In this document: piece after piece, positions 1 through 12,800 of the stretch | Layout: each line of letters starts with the position of its first letter | How positions within the stretch are numbered: the stretch's first letter is position 1 | NCBI GenBank assembly: GCA_963924565.1 | Contig: OZ004608.1 | Location: 16,492,001-16,556,000, forward strand | Direction of reading: 5' to 3' | From: Ascidiella aspersa | Taxonomy: Eukaryota | Length of the DNA: 64,000 bases | Made by a program: the position numbers and the translations under genes | Notes under the pieces: model-generated | The model's input: only the letters and a program-made list of their open reading frames with translations | The model's database searches: none | What the model was told of the DNA's origin: nothing

Positions 1-1029
1 TCAGTGGTTCTTAACCTCTTTTTTAGTCGAAAAATAGTTCAAAAAAGGTCTTTTTATGGTTTATCTAAGTTAGCAAACTGTAATTAAATATGGTCGTTAT
101 GCCTTCGATGATATGTGTATTACTAATCAACAGAAAAACACCCAATGGCACTTAAAGATACTTTATGCAAAAAAAGTCAACAAAAGGAGAAACATTTTTT
201 TTTTCCGTTTTAATGTTAAAGTTGGCAAAAAAGAGTTTGTACAACTGTTGTAGTGGTGCCTAACCCAAACGAAACCATTAAAATTCACTGCAAAAAATTA
301 AAATATTGAAAAATACGCAAAGACGGTATAATTCGGAAGAAACACAAAAGTGGCATTATTCAAATTGGTTGACAAATGTGAATCGGTACGTTTGAGAGCA
401 GTGATTTCTTTTTTATATTCCTTCTTTATACAAGGCCAAGTAGGTTGTCAATTCATTCCCAGCAAAAACACGATGAATAATGCCACTGTTTTGCCCCGGG
501 GGTCCGTTTTGCCCCGCCTTCCCCTACTTTTTTGTTTACATTTTTCAGACCTTATACGGTCGATCGAAGCGCGAAAAATCTCAAAGAGAGTCACAGTGCA
601 GAGGGCGACTTTTGTCTGTAAAGACGCCAAAAAACGCGTGGAACTAACAAGAAAGACAAAAAAAATCGCGCGAAACGCGAAAACAATTACCATTAATTTT
701 TAGTCTTTAAACAGGCCAAAAATTGAGTTAGCGGGACATAGATCCATCCTTGGAAAGAGTGTAAATATATACGTTACAATCAATCACGTAAAAAGTCGCC
801 TTGTTTTTTTGTATTTCAAGAAAAACAAATCGCGGGTCGGATTAAACTGCTTGGTGATCTGGCCCGCGGGCTTAGCCTATTTTGCCCAGCTCTGCCTTAA
901 GGGGTTCGTTTTGCCCTGCCTTTCTCTACAATTTAACTTAATTATGACACTTAAATAATCGCATTTTGAAATTCCAGGTGCCCCCCCCCCTTCCCTCTCG
1001 TGGGGGCGCCCATGGCTAGGGCTACAGGG

Positions 1030-1340
1030 TTATACAATGTTAGCTTTTAGTGTAGAATCCATAACTAGGCCGAATTCGTCGAGAACATTAAATAATCTGT
1101 CGAAATCCATCTGATCACCCTTAAGGAAAACCAAGGTGTCATCTGCAAGTAGAGATACTTTAAGCTCGTTATTGAAAATCTTAATACCAACAAATTCATC
1201 GGCGCGAAGCGCTGAGGCCAGGCACTCTATGCACAGTATAAAAAGGGTAGGGGAGAGTGGGTCGTCTTGCCTCACACCACGTTCGATTACGATTGCCCGG
1301 GAGAGAAAATTATTGTTTGTGATTTTACATGATGGGTTGT
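1030..1340 (-). mobile_element. Degenerate non-LTR retrotransposon (L1/Tx1-like) reverse transcriptase fragment
   Basis: Minus-strand translation RGVRQDDPLSPTLFILCIECLASALR...VSLLADDTLVFL matches RT motifs GxRQGDPLSP and YADD (here LADD); truncated on both sides. Confidence 0.85.
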
Positions 1341-3000
1341 TGTACGTAAGCGCTTTCTAATTGGCTTCAAACATCGCTCACGAGTGCCGCTAGTTGCGCT
1401 ATCCAGGTTTCATAGACCAAAGGCAAATTGGCAGCTCGAAATTCTTTGCGTAATATCTCCGGAAGTAAACAAGATATCGATTAGAAATTTTTATACATTA
1501 CTCAAAGCAACCTAAGCTAGCCAGCAATCAGACTTTTTTTTGAAAAAAACATAAAAATATTAATATTCATATTTATGAATATTAATATTCAGTAGTATTC
1601 GGCCCTTCAATTAAAATGTGCCCTAAGTGACTTACATAGGGCAAAGAGACTTTCTTTGCATCAACGCCTATCTATATATATATATATATTGCATAGGGTG
1701 ATAGCTACGAGTTTACTCTTCAAAATGAGATATGACTCGACCGTCAATTATTCGGGGATAAGTTATTAATATTTCTTCAAAAATTCATAAACGTCGATAA
1801 TTTCAAATCGAGCAAAAAAGCAAAAGTCCCATAACTCGAGAAATAAAAAAGCTTTTTTCATAGAGCTCAGTGAAAGGGACAGGAAGAAAGCAAAACTGTG
1901 CGCCATGCTTCATTGAACAATACCAGAAAAAGGAAGTTGATTCCTTACGTCAAACATCTTCTTCTTGCTGAACACTGTTTTGCAGCTTCTTCCATTTGGT
2001 TAACTGAGGTTAATTTGTTGCGATTAACCTAGGAATAGTTTAAGTGGCATTTTCAAGTATTTTTGTGATAACATTCAGTTACAGAAACAGAACCGAATAT
2101 ATTAGAAGCCTGCCACATTTTCGTCCGGGGGTTTATATTGCTAACAATATTTGGGTTCGGGTGAGAGTCTGAGATAGCGATTGGGCTTGGGTGGGTCAAG
2201 TATTATTATTATATTTATTCTTACATATTCCTGCCATCCTTGCAATTTTAACTTTCACAACTTGTTTCGTTAGTTTTAAAATAAATGTGATAGGATTCTA
2301 GACCAGCATTTAAACCTGTATTTAAAAACCACCAATTGTGTATTTAAAGTTTAATGGATAGACTTTGAGTGAATTATAGTTAATTACAAAAAATCAAAAA
2401 AGTAAAGATATTAAATTTATAATCCAGAAATGGGATAAATATTAGTGAAAAAATTATAACAACTAAGTTAGTTCCATTTTGAATAGCCGCAAGTTTTGTC
2501 ATGTCATAGAAAAGCAATGACTGTCATGATCGAGCTTCGCTGTCCTGGCAATAAGTTTTCATACAATTCATTACATGTATTTACTAACATATTTCAACCC
2601 GTAATCAAATCAGAAATTTTTAAGAAATATAAAATTTATTTAGTAGTAGGACTAGGACATATTGAGAAAACCTAGAAAAACTTCTCACGATTCTACTCTA
2701 AATAAATTAATTTTCTACAAGTCAAAACCATATTACATGAATGGGATACAACTGGTAAAAATAGACACCTATTTGTTGTTTCATAAATTGCCTTATTGAA
2801 TGGGCATCCATGTTCGTTAGGTAATTGACAGACTAGATTACATTTTAAATTTATACCATATCACCACGGTTTTGTGTTAAAGGCTATCTAAATTATCTAC
2901 ATCATACAGGATATCTAGCAATGTAAATTAACCTTTAATCAAAAGAAGAAATCAATTTGAAAAGTGCCTTCTCAGTCAATCTTTTGCAATATCATTCGTC

Positions 3001-3210
3001 ATGAATTCTAATCCCTACACTTGCTCAGTACAAAGTGTGAAGAAGTTGGTTGATGAACTGCGGTATCACCAGAACATCAGCCGCATCAATGTCTCTGATG
3101 CCTCACATCAACTACTGAACTTCGTTTTGGAAAACCAGGGCCGAGATTTCCTCCTTGTGAAGCCCCCAGATAATCCTTACAAGCCTAAGAGCTCCTGCAT
3201 GTTCCTTTGA
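3001..3210 (+). CDS. Heterotrimeric G-protein gamma subunit (GGL domain, CaaX), intronless CDS
   Basis: 69 aa: KKLVDELRYHQNISRINVSDASHQLLNFV..DFLL..DNPYKPKSSCMFL matches the G-gamma pattern (K.VEQL+.E..+.R++VS.A...L..Y, DPLL, NPF) and ends in CaaX CMFL; paralogue not assignable. Confidence 0.9.
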   Translation: MNSNPYTCSVQSVKKLVDELRYHQNISRINVSDASHQLLNFVLENQGRDFLLVKPPDNPYKPKSSCMFL

Positions 3211-3768
3211 CAAAGCGAACATTGCCAAGTATATATACATGACTGATTTTAACAAGGACTGTAGATATATTAATGTCTGTCATACATGTTGGTGCTTTAT
3301 TCTTATGCATTATGAAATAATTCATTTAAATAATAATACAATTTTTATAAAATGTTTTTAATGCGGTAATCTGGATTTTTAACATTTTGTTTGTTTTGCT
3401 ACAATGTGATTCATACTGATTTTTAATTTATCATGCTGCATTGAACTTGCTCTCTATCTCAAAATGGCAAAAGCTGTAGCAAACTAAAAAAAAAATGGTA
3501 CTATCTGTGGATTCCTGTATAATGTTTAATCTAAAGTTGTAGTTTGGTTTGGTGCTTTTGTAAAACTGAACTGTATTAAATTGCCATGTAGCTATTCGTT
3601 TATAACACTGTTTTCCAAGTTGCATGTTTTTAATCACCAATCTGTTTATATATACTTAGGCATTATCTGTATTATTTGTCTGGGTAATTGACTCTAAAAA
3701 TGTATACCTAATTGCAAGCAAAGTTGGTGGATATATTTTTGGCTTCGGTGTGTAACAAACATTTCACC

Positions 3769-3863
3769 ATGTCTTCAAGTTTCTTGCATATTGGAGATGT
3801 TATATCATTATTTGCGGAAGGATCTGGCTCTGATTCTATCTGCGGATTTATCTCCACTCTTGG
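3769..3863 (+). CDS. ITPR: ITPR coding exon 1
   Basis: [18 protein letters not shown]...GFISTLG; GT donor. Confidence 0.93.
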
Positions 3864-6800
3864 GTACTGCTTTTTGTATTTCATTCTGTTCATTACAATA
3901 ATACAATACAATTGCAATTCTTAAAATGTTGTTGAATATCTTAAGATTAATTTGATTTTTTACCCGCACTTACTATAGTGCCATAAACAATGTACACCTA
4001 ACTATAATTAAGTTTTCATTTATTATCTTTAGTAACATGTTGTTTATTGTTTTAGACTGGTGGATGACAGATGTGTTGTACAACCAGATTCTGGGGGTTT
4101 GCGAACACCGCCCAAAAAGTTCCGAGGTAGCATACCTCTCAAATTTGCTAATATTTTTAAGTTTTTTTTTGTATCTAAGTAATAGTTTATTCAAATATTT
4201 TGGTTGTATATATTTTTCTTTTAATCTGTAAACTGAAGGTTGGCAAAAAATGTATATATATTTTCAAGATGTGTTTTTATTGATTTTAAGAATTATAAGC
4301 CTAATGATAAAAGTTCAAGTTACTTTGATTAATTTTGCAGATTGCTTGTTTAAAATATGTCCCATGAATCGATACAATGCCCAGAAGCAGTTTTGGAAAA
4401 CCCTTAAATCTGGAACAACACGAATTGCAGATGCTGTAATTATGAAACGCCTCCAGGTTTGATTTTACTTTGCAGTCAATGTTTTCACAATACTGCCAGT
4501 TCCTACAATTTTTTTTGTTACATCCAGGAATCAGCTAGTGTTGAAAAAGAACAGAATGAACGTGAAAATCACAAGCTTCTTGGCCAGGTGGTCAAATATG
4601 GCAGTGTCGTTCAACTACTTCATTTGAAATCTAACAAGTATGGCATACACAACACAGTATAATATTATGTACTCATCATATGCATTCTTAGTTTAAATTG
4701 CTATAGTAAATGATTCTTTTCCTATTTATACTTTTTTGTTTTTGTATTACATTATAATACACACTTCTCTTAATGTTTGTTCAGATATTTAACAGTCAAC
4801 AAGCGATTGCCCGCACTTCTAGAAAAAAATGCCATGAGAGTTTCGCTGGATCCAGATGGCAATGAAGGATCGTGGTTTTACATTCAACTGTTCTACAAAC
4901 TTCGCTCAACAGGAGATAATGTTAGACTTTTGTTTTTTTGTCAATGTTTGTTATGTTGATTTCAAACATACATACAAAATAACAATCTTTGTCTGCAATG
5001 ATTTTTAATGCTGAGATTGCATATGGTCATCTAGAGTTCATAAATGCTGTGGTACTGTAAATAATTATTTTATCTCTATTATATCTTAAAACAAGGTATA
5101 CATACTTATTAGGTGGTCATTGGGGACAAGGTCGTAATAATGCCTGTCAATGCTGGGCAGCCGCTTCATGCGAGTAAATGCGAACTGGCAGACAACCCAG
5201 GTTGCAAGGAAGTTAATTCTGTTAACTGCAACACAAGTTGGAAACTGGTTCTCTTTATGTCTTGGAAAGACGACAGGTTGGTTTGTATATACAGTACGGG
5301 GCAATATAAATAAAATATTTTCTAAACTTGCCTTTTACCTAAATATTCTTGAAAAGGATATCCATCAACTTTTCCCAACAGGTTTTCATTTGGTATTGAT
5401 GTAACATGTGTAACATTTATAATATATAATATAAGCATGGTTTAATTTACTTAAAAACGGGGAATAAAAGCAATCCTGAACCTTTAAGCTCTGATTTGTT
5501 TAATTTACTGTATCTTGCATCTCATACTTATAAACATCTAAATGACTGTTTCATTTTTAAACCAAAAAAATTGTGAGATGTATTACTTTTTGAGTAATAT
5601 AGAATGTGATATGATTTATTTTTATTTTTAAATGATTTATGACCTTGTTTCACAGGACTGATGCCCTCAAGGGGGGAGATGTTGTTCGTCTGTTTCACGC
5701 TGAGCAAGAAAAGTTTTTAACTGGGGATGAATACAGAAGAAACCTTCATGTGTTTTTGCGCACAACTGGTCGAATGTCGGCCACTTCTGCCACAAGCTCA
5801 AAAGCACTTTGGGAAATCGAGGTCACTGCACTAATATCACTAAGTTTTTTTTTTTTTATAAAAACCTAAATAAAAGGAATGGGAGATTGCCCTTTATAGG
5901 TTTTTAGAAAGCTGTGTGCAGGGTTGGTTATCATTTGCCAAACAGTTGTTTTGCCAAAGCCTGCATTGGAAGTTATCAAGTTATTTGTAAAGATTTGTCT
6001 GTATTTCCATACTTAAAATCAGGACTGGTTGACTAGTTTTAACTTTGGTCTTGAATCTTGATATAAAGTTTAAACATTTGCTCACGTCCGCTGCAAACTA
6101 CTATGTTAAAGGATTTTTTTAACTTTTTCCTATACATTTGCAAATTTTTAAAAGTTTACTTATTTGCTGTATATCTTTTAGTGAATTGTTCATGTGTAAC
6201 ATACTTCAACACTCCACTAATTAAGAAGTACTGCCCTACATGGTTTAAGTTTAATATCGCTAGTTCTGTTAACATTATTATTTAGTTAACAGACATCTTA
6301 CTTAAATATGTATAAATATTGCATTTAAGGTTGTTCAAAAAGATCCATGCCAAGGTGGTGCTGGTCACTGGAATAATCTTTTTCGCTTCAAACATCTAGC
6401 ATCTGGTAGCTACCTTGCTGCAAAGGTAAAAACAACGAAATTCTTGATTTGTTTTTATTAAACATTATGTTCATGTTGTCACTTACCGTTTTTCACTTTT
6501 TTAAATGATGCTATTTGCTTACAGCATGCATTTTGTAGTGTTTATTTCGAAAACTTTTTGTGTATTGGAATGCTGCAGACTTGAAATACAGCTCTCTTAC
6601 TTAATTAGTATGCTTTTGAAAAATTACTTCGGCTAAATCTATATCTGTGTTGTACATCATCTAATGGCTCAAGGGGATTGTTTACATGAAGCGAAGAGCT
6701 AATTTTCCTCAAATGGCATTTACATTATTGATAAGTTTGATGACAAAAATTATGTCACTTCTCAGCATTATTTAGATGAATTACCAAATAAATAAAGATT

Positions 6801-9800
6801 AATTTCAAGACATATTTTTCGCAGTGTTTTGTTTTCAACAATTGATGTTTAGTTGGAATAAAATCTGTTCATTTTTTTGTTTGCAAAATTATTTTTTAAA
6901 CAAGTGTAATACTTTAGTATCAACCTTGAACCTGTTTTAGACCAGTGGGTTAGCAAACCTTCCTATTAAGGCCTTTTTTATTTTTCTGTCAATGCTTATT
7001 TTTCTATGGTTCAATATAGGACATTACATGTTCAACATACCGTGGCATCCAGTTTTCAATTTTACTTAGAAGTTAATAAGTTATCTACAGAAGTCATCGC
7101 ATCATAATCTTTTTAATGATAATTAGGGCACACTGGTGTGACCCAGTGGCGTATCTAGGGGGAGGGGGTTCGGGGTTCGGACCCACCCTTTTCGTAAGTG
7201 ATATTATCGTTTTTTGTTCGTTTTTGTCAGGGTTTAACTCACCGTCTGAAGCAGCGAGTTTTTTCAGTGTAATTGGGTCACGCGTCTTGCTAATGCGAAA
7301 CCAAAATCAAACGCAAAACGCCTTTTTCGTTTCTCAATTGGTCGACCGTAAACGCAGGAGATTTTTTTCTCTTTCGCCTTTTGTTAATTTAAAAGAATCT
7401 ATCTGTTACTATTTTATGACGTCATTAACTTCAGACGAAAAATAGGGAATTCCCTAAGTTGAAAATTCAGGACCCCCCATTTTGGATTTCTAGATACGCC
7501 CCTGGTGTGACCCACGAAATATTTTGCAGCTTATAACTGATATATATCACACAAAGCACACATTTTTAATGACAATCACCATTGTATTTCAAAATTGGTG
7601 GAATGATTCTAGCATTTTACCCCGTTAACTAGGGTCGGCAACCTATATGCTGTAATGTAAATCATCAGACCTTTTTACAAACTTGGCATGAGGCAATGTC
7701 CATATTTATGGCTTTTTTAACTCTGAAGAAAAAATATATATATCCAAACTATGAGCTAAGTCCATATTAGTGCTCTCAAGCGAAGTATACTGTACAACAG
7801 GTTGGCAACTGTTTTCTAGTCACGGGCCAAAACCAAACTCAGAAAGGTCTCTGCGGTCCAAAAATGTTTAACTGCATGTAGACCAGGGACCAACACGCGG
7901 CACAGCTATTGGGTAAATGGCTTACTTCTCTGTAGGTCATGTCTCTAAATAAAATGTGAAGTAATTTAAACCTGATAAACGCACTCATTTTTTGATAAAC
8001 GCTTTCCCTTCTTCAATTAATATTATACTTGATTTCTTTAGCATGCATGAATTTAACCGAAAACAGCAAGTCTTTAACGTTGCTTGTTTGCCATCACATT
8101 ATAAATTTGTGACGTCAAATATTTTTTCTTGCCTTTGTGCCTTTCTATGTGAGTTACACAACGTTTTTATAACCTTATAAAAGTTAAACAACCGAAAAAA
8201 AGTTTGAGAGCACTGAAGATATGACTTTGCAGTATAAGTCGAAACTTCAAATTTTTAAAATAAAACTTTACAACCGTAATCTATATAATTTTCCTCTTAT
8301 TGCAAACCTGTACCAACAAAACTATAAGCAATATTTGTATATTTTGGTTTGCTCAATACGCAACATCTCCTGAAAAGTTTTGCAACTTTGTATCAACTAC
8401 ATTTTTTTCATGTTGCTTTACTTACTAAGTATAATTTATTATAAAACTTTTCATTGAATAAATATTCTAGGTCTGATTAAGAGTTGTGATTGTAAGAAAT
8501 CTCTTAAAAAAACACACACACAAAATTTGCTGATGGATGTTTTACTTTCGCTGTAAACTTGCACAGTTTGATTTTGCCTACTACTAGGAAACAGTTGCCA
8601 ACCCCTGCCCTAAACTGTCCCTTGACATACATTCACATACATGTATAAAACATAGTAAAACCAGGGGCCTACAAAACTATGGCTCGGACTCGGAATAGCG
8701 ACTGTTAGAAAGGCGATCGTTAGTAGAGCATCTCTCGATAGCGATTCATTTAAAACAGGGACTGTGTATAGAGCAACTACACCATAGCAACTCATTTAAA
8801 ACAGCGACTGCTGCAAAATAGACATCACTCTACTTTTCCTGATGTTCACTTAACAATTTTCTATCCTGAAGGTTAGAACGTTATTTCCACCTTTGGGTGG
8901 TTTACAGAAAATAGAACCAAGGGGAAAAAAAGTTAATCATCTAGCGATGATAGAAATTTCCTCCACTTTTCAACATAAATCTGCGACTTTGTGTGCATAT
9001 CTCATTCTGACCGGCCAGTAAAGTCACTATTGTAACAGTCGCTGTTTTAATGCTGTCACTATTTATACAGTCGCTGTTTTAAATGAATCGCAATCGTAAG
9101 GTCGCTCTACTGACGATTGCTGTTCTAAGTTTCTACCCGGCCCAGATCCCCAAAATTACTATCAAGGCTTTTCCAAAAATTCATTTCATTTGAATAATAC
9201 TGCTTTAATATATTTTGCACATGGCATTGCTCTGCTTAATAGGATGACACTGACTGGGACCCAAAATCCAACATAGAAGTCTACGCTGATTCAATTGGCT
9301 CATTTTCTCCCTCTGGTTGTGGGAGTCCTTCACCAAGGCACTTTATTTCCAGCAGTTCTCGGTCCTTTTCAGGGTCTAGCCAGGTTTGGCCATGGAAATA
9401 AACGAAATCATTTTACACTAATATGCAGTCATCTCTCTGCTGGAGAGAGTGTTAGTTGCATGCAACATTATAAACATTTTTCTTACCATACCTAAACTAG
9501 ACTTACCTTCCCTGTGTTAGAGGTCATTGGGATAAAGGCACTAACCATATACTAAACATATAAACATTAACCAGTATCACATAGGCTTGCTTTTCATAAC
9601 CTTTTATTTCGTAAGACAAAGATATAATGCCTACTGTAATATAATATTGTTATATCTAACTTGCAACTTTGGTGGAACGAGTTTACCAAATTTATACAGC
9701 ATGATTTATTGACTAAATACCCAACATGTTTTAATGTAACTACTTTTTAACCATTTATTATTATATCATTAAATAAAAAAATACTAGGCTCATTAATATA

Positions 9801-12800
9801 TCTTTAGAAAAAATATATGATTTATTGACTTGCACTATGAGTAAAAAAAAACAATTGTTTGGTCTACTGTAAAGTGAGGCCTTACTCGTTACCAGGTTAC
9901 TATTGATGTTAAAGTGTTCCTTATCGAACTAGAAATGGTGGGAATGCTTCATAATATTTTGGCATTTCTTTTCTGGCCAGCCTACATACATGGTGTTGAA
10001 TCACTTTTACCTGCTTCAATACTGCCAACCATCATTCATGCGTTTCAGATTAACCTGAACATGTATGACTCACATCCATATTTACAGGGCACCTATAACA
10101 GTTACAATAGGTCACTGCATAGGAAGTCACACTTGATTTTAATCTGCCGCTCTGCATTGCCTCTTGCTTAAATGAGAAATTACATATATACTTTATACAT
10201 TAAATTGAGTCTTTTGCATGACCAATAACATCATGGTATGGGTGTGTACGTTTTTGTACCTAGCCACTTAACCTAACTTGAATGACATTTTTCAATACCT
10301 TGGTTTATGGTGAAATTTGATTGACTTTTACTATGTTTTTTTCCATAAATTTTGCCTGTTTTTGATTTTGATTTCAACTATTTTAAAAGGGCAGGAAGTT
10401 GTTTTTGTGTTTTAAATAACTATAAATAAATGTTTTTTGAGCTGTTAAAAATATTAAGATTTTTTTGTATATATGTAAGTAGCCATGTTGTTATAATTTC
10501 CTGTTCACGTTATTTGCTTTTACCATATTACATAAAAAATTGCTAGCTTGAATATGAATTACACAAAGTTTAACTATTTTCTTGTTTGTGTTCAACAATG
10601 CTGCAGATGTCAAAGCCGTTTAAACAAATCTGTTGTATGTACCTAGATGGTGGATAGTGAGAATGGTGGCAGTTCTGAGAAGGATTCCTCTCGTGGTGGA
10701 AGGGGCAAAGGGCCTCCTGGTGGGATGTCGAATTGTCTTATTGCCACGCCCGAATCCACCAGTGTTAGGTATGTATCATACATATCGGTATTTACTGCAG
10801 GGAAGGAAATTGAACTTGGATTGAATTGTATGCAAAACACAATTTGTGAATTTGAAATGATCATGGTAAAATTTAAATTCCTTATGAATGCTAATCCTAT
10901 CGTTTGTTATTTGAACATTTCACATTTTTTGAGTAACTAATGTGATGAAGTGCTGGGGAAATTTTTATTTTTTGCACACTTCTGCATTCATTTTTGTAGG
11001 CTGACTTGTTTTTTGTATATTTTCTTTACACGACCTAGGAAAAAGAATATGCTATAGGATACCTCCAAATATTCTTACTTTGTACATTAAGACAAAGTAC
11101 TGGCTCAACCTAATTTACAGTGGTATCTTTTTGCGACATCTAATTCGATGGTGGGTCTATGGTTTTATTGTCTGTTGGGAATGGGGTTAATTTTGTTGCA
11201 AGTCCCAATTCAGGCCGATTCGCAGCGTGCAAGAGGCGGTTTCCATCGTTATGCCGTCGAGTCGCCAGCCATAAATTACGTCACGTCACTTTTCCTTCCT
11301 TGTTTCACATCGATATCGCTCCCAAGTTCTAAAGCGGCAGTACAAGAGTTGAATGTGCATTGTCAGTCGCGTTTAAACTTTAATGGGCCATTCGACTTCT
11401 CCAATTTCCATTTATGTTTTAAAACGCCACTTATGGAACCTGCGGTTCCCCTAATTGCTGTTTTAAATACGTGTGTGGCTTGTCGCTATGCGAGATCGTC
11501 TAACAGTGACGGCTCGGCCGAGTACCGAATTAATTGCGCACGTCTTTTGTTTTGGATGGTCGATGGGTTTGGTTTGTTTTATTGCGATTGTATTTTGTCC
11601 TGTAGGCCGGCTATTGTTTGCCGCGGTTATACCTTTTAGTTTGTTTACACAGCGAACATACTGAGGATTGCTGACCTCTGAAAGGCCAAACACTGGTCTT
11701 TATCGTTGTACACCGATCCCCGAATTCGACATTTACAGCGTATAGCAACATCTACTGCAATTACCCGAGCGAATGTTTTCTTAGCAAAATAATGCACCCA
11801 TCGCATGCTTCAATGTAAACTGAGCTGAGACAACCAAACGCGCTTCGCGCAAATCATAACACTAGAAGTTTTTCGTTGTTTTTTTCGAATAAACAAACTT
11901 TACCCTGTTTTTATTGTTACTAGGCCACATAACAGTAATTGTATCCAGGTAGACCTTAAAACAGTAAAACTGTCGAAAACTCGTGTAAACGTATTAAATC
12001 CACTGATTCGCGTCCTATCTGCAGATCCATTTTCGAACTTGACCCTACTTCACTGACCAAATCCGATGCATTGGTGCCATCCAACTCTTACGTGCGACTC
12101 AAGCACCTGTGCACCGATACCTGGGTCCACTCCACCACCATTCCAATCGACAAAGAGGAAGACCGACCAGTTATGCTTAAGGTATGTTTAGGCTTTCGTT
12201 TTGGCACGTGCGCGACAGGTCACGTGTTTAGTTTTGCATTTAAATTTGCACCCGAGCAATAAATAGTGTCAACGTACACGGTTATTACCTTTCTCAACCT
12301 TCCATCGTACAGTAGTTAAATCATAGATCATTTAATTACGAAAAAACGAACCCTGTTGTTAATGTGGTCGCTGTTTCATATTTTTTAACTGCATGAGAAC
12401 CAACACTTGTAACTTTTAAACGATGAACAATATTTTGGCTACAGTAAAGCGGTGTGTTGACACAGTTGATCGATAATACAGATCTGCTTGTTTTCACGAC
12501 GTGTTTCGATTGTATCTCTAATACAATTTGAACCGACATTTAAAATTTGGGTCGTTTGCCATTGTTCAATTGTTGTGATTTTTAAGGCGACAACCGTGTA
12601 CTGTTTTATACGCCACTGTGGTAAACATTTTTGTACATTCTGCCATCACTGATAAAGTTGCGCAAAACCTATATAATTCATCCCGCTAATGTCGTCAACT
12701 TAAAAAAATATCATTACCTTTCTAATAATTTTGTTACAAATAATTTAAACACAATGCTATTCACTTTATCAAAACTCAAATAAACTTATAGAATGTATCC

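Noticed and set aside
350-703. 117-aa ORF and its antisense partner
   Set aside because: No recognisable motif; overlaps repeat-like sequence duplicated near 900
1906-1971. Frame reading CFIEQYQKKEVDSLRQ, reminiscent of the G-gamma-13 N-terminus
   Set aside because: No ATG, a stop follows quickly and no downstream G-gamma motifs; likely chance
10049-10110. Possible phase 0-2 exon [21 protein letters not shown] as an alternative to 10647-10768
   Set aside because: Lacks the conserved L(I/V)xxPE strand and has no other support
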